In this document: positions 60,058 to 64,000 of the stretch, one piece after another
Layout of the letters: each line of letters starts with the position of its first letter
How positions within the stretch are numbered: the stretch's first letter is position 1
Assembly: GCA_965240465.1 (NCBI GenBank)
Contig: OZ251219.1
Coordinates: 6,382-70,381 of the forward strand
Source: a bacterium
GTDB lineage: Bacteria; SAR324; JACQKK01
Direction of reading: 5' to 3'
Length of the DNA: 64,000 nucleotides
Notes under the pieces: generated by a model
Told to the model about the DNA's origin: nothing
What the model saw: only the letters and a program-made list of their open reading frames with translations
Databases searched by the model: none
Program-made: the position numbers and the translations under genes

Positions 60058-61983
60058 CTAAGACCTGCTACTAGCATGCGAGCGATCATCGGTGTGAGCC
60101 TCATGCCACGACTGATACGCCGCCTGCACCACTTGCTCCACCGTCAAACCTGCCTCACGCATTTGTTCTTCCAATCCGCCAAAGGGTATAAATCTATCTG
60201 GCAACCCCATGACCCTAACGGGACGCTGGATATTCTCCCTTGCAAACAGTGCTAAAAGGGACTCACCAAAGCCCCCTTGAACAGTATTGTACTCTATGGT
60301 CAATACGGCTGCTGCTTGTTTTGCTTGAGCAAGTAGCATACCCTCATCCAAGGGTTTGATAAAGCGTGCATTCACAACCGAACAGGGAATATCTAATTCC
60401 TTAGCAACTTGACAGGCTGTACTAACTGTGGCCCCTATGCCTATCAGTAACAAGCAACCCCGCTGAGATTTTTGTAGCAGTTCTGCCTCACCAATGGGAA
60501 TGGGAGTAAGTGTGGAAGGTAGAGACATGGCCAGAGTTTCGCCTCTAGGATAACGCATGGCAATGGGTCCCTGATTGTAACGGTGGGCAGAGAGCATCAT
60601 GCGACGCATTTCCTGTTCGTTGCGAGGGGCCATGTGGACAAAATTAGGGATGAGGCGAAGATAACTGAGATCAAACACGCCATGATGAGTAGGTCCGTCA
60701 GAACCGACCAAGCCACCTCTATCCATCATGATACGCACCGGCAATTTTTGCAGGGCGATATCATGAATCAGCTGATCAAAGGCTCGCTGTGAGAAAGTAG
60801 AATAAATTGTAACGAACGGCTTCAGACCGCCGATGCTCATACCCGCTGCACTACAATAGGCATTAGATTCTGCGATTCCCACGTCTATCACCCGCTGAGG
60901 ATACTTTTCAGCAACCTTGCCGAGCCCTGTGTTACTGAGCATGGCAGCTGTAATGGCTACTACTTTAGGGTCTTCATCCATAATAGCAAGCATGCCTTCT
61001 GTATAAATGTTGGTCCATGTCTTAGTAGCAGGGGTAGAAATAATAGGCATGTTCTTGGTTTGTTTCTGAGGAGAAACTGCGTGAGACGCGAAGGTATTTT
61101 CCACTTTTTTACCCAATCCCTTCCCCTTAACAGTTTGTACATGCAAAACCACCGTTTCAGGTAACTTCTTTACATGCCCTATAATCTCTATCAAGGCCTC
61201 AAGATTGTGTCCGTCCACAGGGCCAAAATAATGCAGTCCCATAGATTCAAACCACGCTGCTTTATCGCTAGCGTAATCTTTTACAGAGCGTTCTATGTGT
61301 TTAAGGCTTTTTAATATCTCCTCACCAAATGGAGCTTTCTTACCAAATCTTTTTATTTCCTTGCGTAGCAAATTATATGAATTAGAGATAGTAATGCGAG
61401 TAACAGTTCTGGCACAAAATCCTACATTGCTGTCAATGCTCATTCCATTATCATTGAAAATAACCAGTAGTTTGGGCTTGAGAGCCCCAGCTAGATGCAA
61501 AGCTTCATATGCCAATCCTCCCGTCATGGCACCATCACCAATTACAGCCATCACGTGATGGTTTTGCTTCCTTAGGTCGCGCGCAATGGCCATCCCCAAG
61601 GCTGCCGAGATAGAAGTAGAAGCATGTCCCGCACCCATGTGATCGTAGGGACTTTCGCTACGCTCCAAAAACTTGCACATGCCTCCCCATTGACCATAGC
61701 GATGAAAACGATTGGCACGACCTGTCAGCAATTTATACACATGCCCCTGATGCCCAACATCCCAAGCGATACGGTCTTGCAGGAAATCAAAGTGGCGAAA
61801 CAATGATAGTGTCAATTCTACCACACCCAAGGATGCCCCCAAGTGCCCGCCAGTCTTGTGAATAGCGTCTATCAAAAACGCGCGAGCCTCTATCACCAAA
61901 GGTCTTAATTCCTCTGAGGTCATCTGGCGCAAATTTGCAGGATCACTAAAGCTAGCGAGATGGGGGTAGATTTGTTCATCCAT
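60058..61983 (-). CDS. dxs: 1-deoxy-D-xylulose-5-phosphate synthase
   Basis: GGHLGASLGVVELT, WDVGHQ, GHASTSISA, GDGAMTGG, DVGIAE, DGPTHHG. Confidence 0.98.
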   Translation of the reverse strand: MDEQIYPHLASFSDPANLRQMTSEELRPLVIEARAFLIDAIHKTGGHLGASLGVVELTLSLFRHFDFLQDRIAWDVGHQGHVYKLLTGRANRFHRYGQWGGMCKFLERSESPYDHMGAGHASTSISAALGMAIARDLRKQNHHVMAVIGDGAMTGGLAYEALHLAGALKPKLLVIFNDNGMSIDSNVGFCARTVTRITISNSYNLLRKEIKRFGKKAPFGEEILKSLKHIERSVKDYASDKAAWFESMGLHYFGPVDGHNLEALIEIIGHVKKLPETVVLHVQTVKGKGLGKKVENTFASHAVSPQKQTKNMPIISTPATKTWTNIYTEGMLAIMDEDPKVVAITAAMLSNTGLGKVAEKYPQRVIDVGIAESNAYCSAAGMSIGGLKPFVTIYSTFSQRAFDQLIHDIALQKLPVRIMMDRGGLVGSDGPTHHGVFDLSYLRLIPNFVHMAPRNEQEMRRMMLSAHRYNQGPIAMRYPRGETLAMSLPSTLTPIPIGEAELLQKSQRGCLLLIGIGATVSTACQVAKELDIPCSVVNARFIKPLDEGMLLAQAKQAAAVLTIEYNTVQGGFGESLLALFARENIQRPVRVMGLPDRFIPFGGLEEQMREAGLTVEQVVQAAYQSWHEAHTDDRSHASSRS

Positions 61984-62322
61984 CAGCGATTTTATCCTAG
62001 TACAAGGCTGTACTTATTTAGACCAGCTGAGGACATATCTTGTACTTTCATCATGTCTGCATATTTGAGTTATTTTTCTAGAATATGGTCAGTGTGTTTA
62101 ATTGTATCATTACTGTGGTGAGTTCAACCCTGCATGAATACCATACATAACAGTAATTCACCCATAGTTTATAACTCTAAAAAATCATGTTCTTGATGAA
62201 TTTATCAAAGCGATACACTTCAAATTTTATGTTGTCCATTCATCCTTGTGGCCAGGGTCAAGAGCAACAACCTAGCATGCATTTAATTTAATTTTTGCAA
62301 CAAAATTACGAAATACAAAGGT

Positions 62323-63237
62323 ATGAATCAGTTGGAGAATTTGGACAGTATTGCCCATTTGGTTGCTATGTTCTTGCACACCGAGGACGGTCTTTGGGAT
62401 GTGTTACTCCACACACCTGAACAATCACAAAAATTACGGATGCTACACAGCTTTCAAGACCGCAATCATAAATTGTGCTTACCCCAAAAACCTCACGAAA
62501 AAAAATTATTAAGTTGTATTACAGAAACGGAGCGGCCATGGGTCATAGACTCAATAGAACGTATCCGCGTTGCTCCTCCATTGTGGGTGAGCATCATTGC
62601 CCATCCCGAACCATATTTGTTCTCCCGTGCCGCTAAGGGGGATGCCGTAGCTGAGCACGCCTTTACAGACTTATTGCAGCACGATGATCTGCGTCCTGCT
62701 TATCAACTAAACCATGTATGGTCGGTATTGATACCACTACTGAAACTATTACTGAAGCCAATGCTGAGAAGCAAACTTAAGCCAAGATTGAACTCCTTGC
62801 TAAGAGCTGATAGCACCACTGGAATTTGGGTTCATCCCCAAGCTGTAGTGCATGCCAGTAGTCATGGTGGAATTGGTGTGCAAGTGGAACAAGGGGCATC
62901 AGTAGCTGCTAATGTGCGTTTGGATGGAGCAACCATTCTAGAACAGCACTGTCTTCCCCCTTCTTTGCTAGGACGAGAAACAACAGTAGGAGAGAATGTC
63001 CGTCTGCATGCCATCGTGGAAACAGGGGCTCGCATAAACCCTGGCATTGCCATTGGTCCTGGTAGCAATCTGATTCTTGAACACCATTCAAATGTTCACA
63101 AAAGTATCACCAGCTACTGCAATTTGCCGTGTATTCCCGCATACCATCACGCCTTTCAGGCATTTCCCCCGCTTAACGAGGGTGGATTCCACAGTCGTGT
63201 ATTAGTAAAACCCTTGGCTAGCCAACAAATTTCTTAA
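62323..63237 (+). CDS. Divergent DapD-like / left-handed beta-helix protein
   Basis: GIWVHPQAVVH..., VAANVRLDGATILE, VGENVRL.AIVETGARINPGIAIG, IPAY; collinear with the C-terminal half of 52984..54084. Confidence 0.5.
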   Translation: MNQLENLDSIAHLVAMFLHTEDGLWDVLLHTPEQSQKLRMLHSFQDRNHKLCLPQKPHEKKLLSCITETERPWVIDSIERIRVAPPLWVSIIAHPEPYLFSRAAKGDAVAEHAFTDLLQHDDLRPAYQLNHVWSVLIPLLKLLLKPMLRSKLKPRLNSLLRADSTTGIWVHPQAVVHASSHGGIGVQVEQGASVAANVRLDGATILEQHCLPPSLLGRETTVGENVRLHAIVETGARINPGIAIGPGSNLILEHHSNVHKSITSYCNLPCIPAYHHAFQAFPPLNEGGFHSRVLVKPLASQQIS

Positions 63238-63331
63238 CCTACCACCGTAAAACAATGTCCTGGAAAATATAAAAAATCCTTTATTATCATAATGATAGCC
63301 CAATTTTTGCTTTTCAAATGATAGGAAAGAC

Positions 63332-63361
63332 TTGACATATAGAGTAATGGCTTGTTATTAT
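63332..63361 (+). promoter_or_regulatory. Sigma70-type promoter
   Basis: TTGACA-18 nt-TATTAT with extended TGn, upstream of 63490 ORF. Confidence 0.5.
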
Positions 63362-63489
63362 GTTAGCAGTTAGTCATTTATAGTGCTAACGGATTGCGGG
63401 GAAGAATCCATCAACAAAATAGTCCTAAAATAATGAATCCATCAGAATCAGACTAACGAGGTGAGTATTATAAGAAATAAGGAGAAACC

Positions 63490-63675
63490 ATGAAAACAAG
63501 AACGTATCCTATTGAAGCTGAAGTGAAAACGGCCATCAAAAAATTTATTTCCCAAGGTGGATTTATTCACCGATTGCCATTTGAAAAAAGAATCTGCCCT
63601 AATATGGTAGGGAGTCGCTTCGGCATGTACGAAAATCCACTGCATGAGCTAAACGCCAGCAATACCACGTGCTAG
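63490..63675 (+). CDS. Small protein resembling the SutA RNAP-binding domain
   Basis: EVKTAIKKFISQGGFIHRLP resembles the 'F(L)xxGGxIxx(L/I)P' motif; strong AAGGAG RBS. Confidence 0.55.
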   Translation: MKTRTYPIEAEVKTAIKKFISQGGFIHRLPFEKRICPNMVGSRFGMYENPLHELNASNTTC

Positions 63676-63732
63676 AAAGAAGCAACGCGGTAGAAATGAC
63701 AGTTACAAAAAGACGTATCTTGAGAAATGTGA

Positions 63733-64000
63733 TTAAGAACAACCCAGTGAATTGCCACAATTCAAGCACCGATAACAAGCACCGTTTCTCACGGTAAGAT
63801 GTCCACAGTTGTCACAGATTGGAGCATCTCCCATAATTTCTCCCATCTGTTGATTAAGATTACTGGTAGCAGAAGAGGTATTTGACAAGGCAGATGCTTC
63901 GCTTCCTCCCATAACAACCTGAGGAATATTTTGTACAAAATCACGACGGCCTAGGTATTTAATAGCTAAAATACGGAATATAAAGTCTAAAATGGAAGTA
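63733..64000 (-). CDS. nrdJ: Class II (B12-dependent) ribonucleotide reductase, C-terminus (partial)
   Basis: Manual translation TSILDFIFRILAIKYLGRRDF...MGDAPICDNCGHLTVRNGACYRCLNCGNSLGCS*. Confidence 0.88.
   Translation of the reverse strand, partial: TSILDFIFRILAIKYLGRRDFVQNIPQVVMGGSEASALSNTSSATSNLNQQMGEIMGDAPICDNCGHLTVRNGACYRCLNCGNSLGCS

Noticed and set aside
62112-62168. Riboswitch between dxs and the dapD-like gene
   Set aside because: Only an imperfect inverted repeat; no recognisable TPP or lysine aptamer motifs

Overview
Bacterial chromosomal segment. Gene content and the many RCC1/GLUG/TPR/Sel1 repeat proteins suggest a host-associated Gram-negative, possibly SAR324/deltaproteobacterial-like (inference only). 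Most of it is housekeeping: coaA, xth, rpmH-rnpA-yidD-yidC, mutS, ogt, gpmI, lon, yajC-secDF, tRNA-Ser(CGA), manC, dprA, bamD, aroC, thiO, dapD-like, hemF, yejBE-like, dxs and the 3' end of nrdJ. Small AT-rich accessory inserts are interspersed: duplicated GT-C-like membrane genes, a hicBA-like pair, a defence hotspot at 17.1-21.6 kb and a tRNA-Ser islet. The main unexplained signals are (1) a sawtooth G/C skew that resets at many transcription-unit boundaries, with coding strands starting G/T-rich and ending C/A-rich; (2) pervasive 10-18 bp tandem stutter duplications; (3) two integrase-less cassettes flanked by long (80-103 bp) direct repeats, each with a truncated mobile-element gene plus a candidate defence/toxin gene; and (4) a Type ISP-like R-M gene whose middle is replaced by an inverted low-GC Type IIG R-M gene. 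All family assignments come from motif recognition by eye, without database searches.
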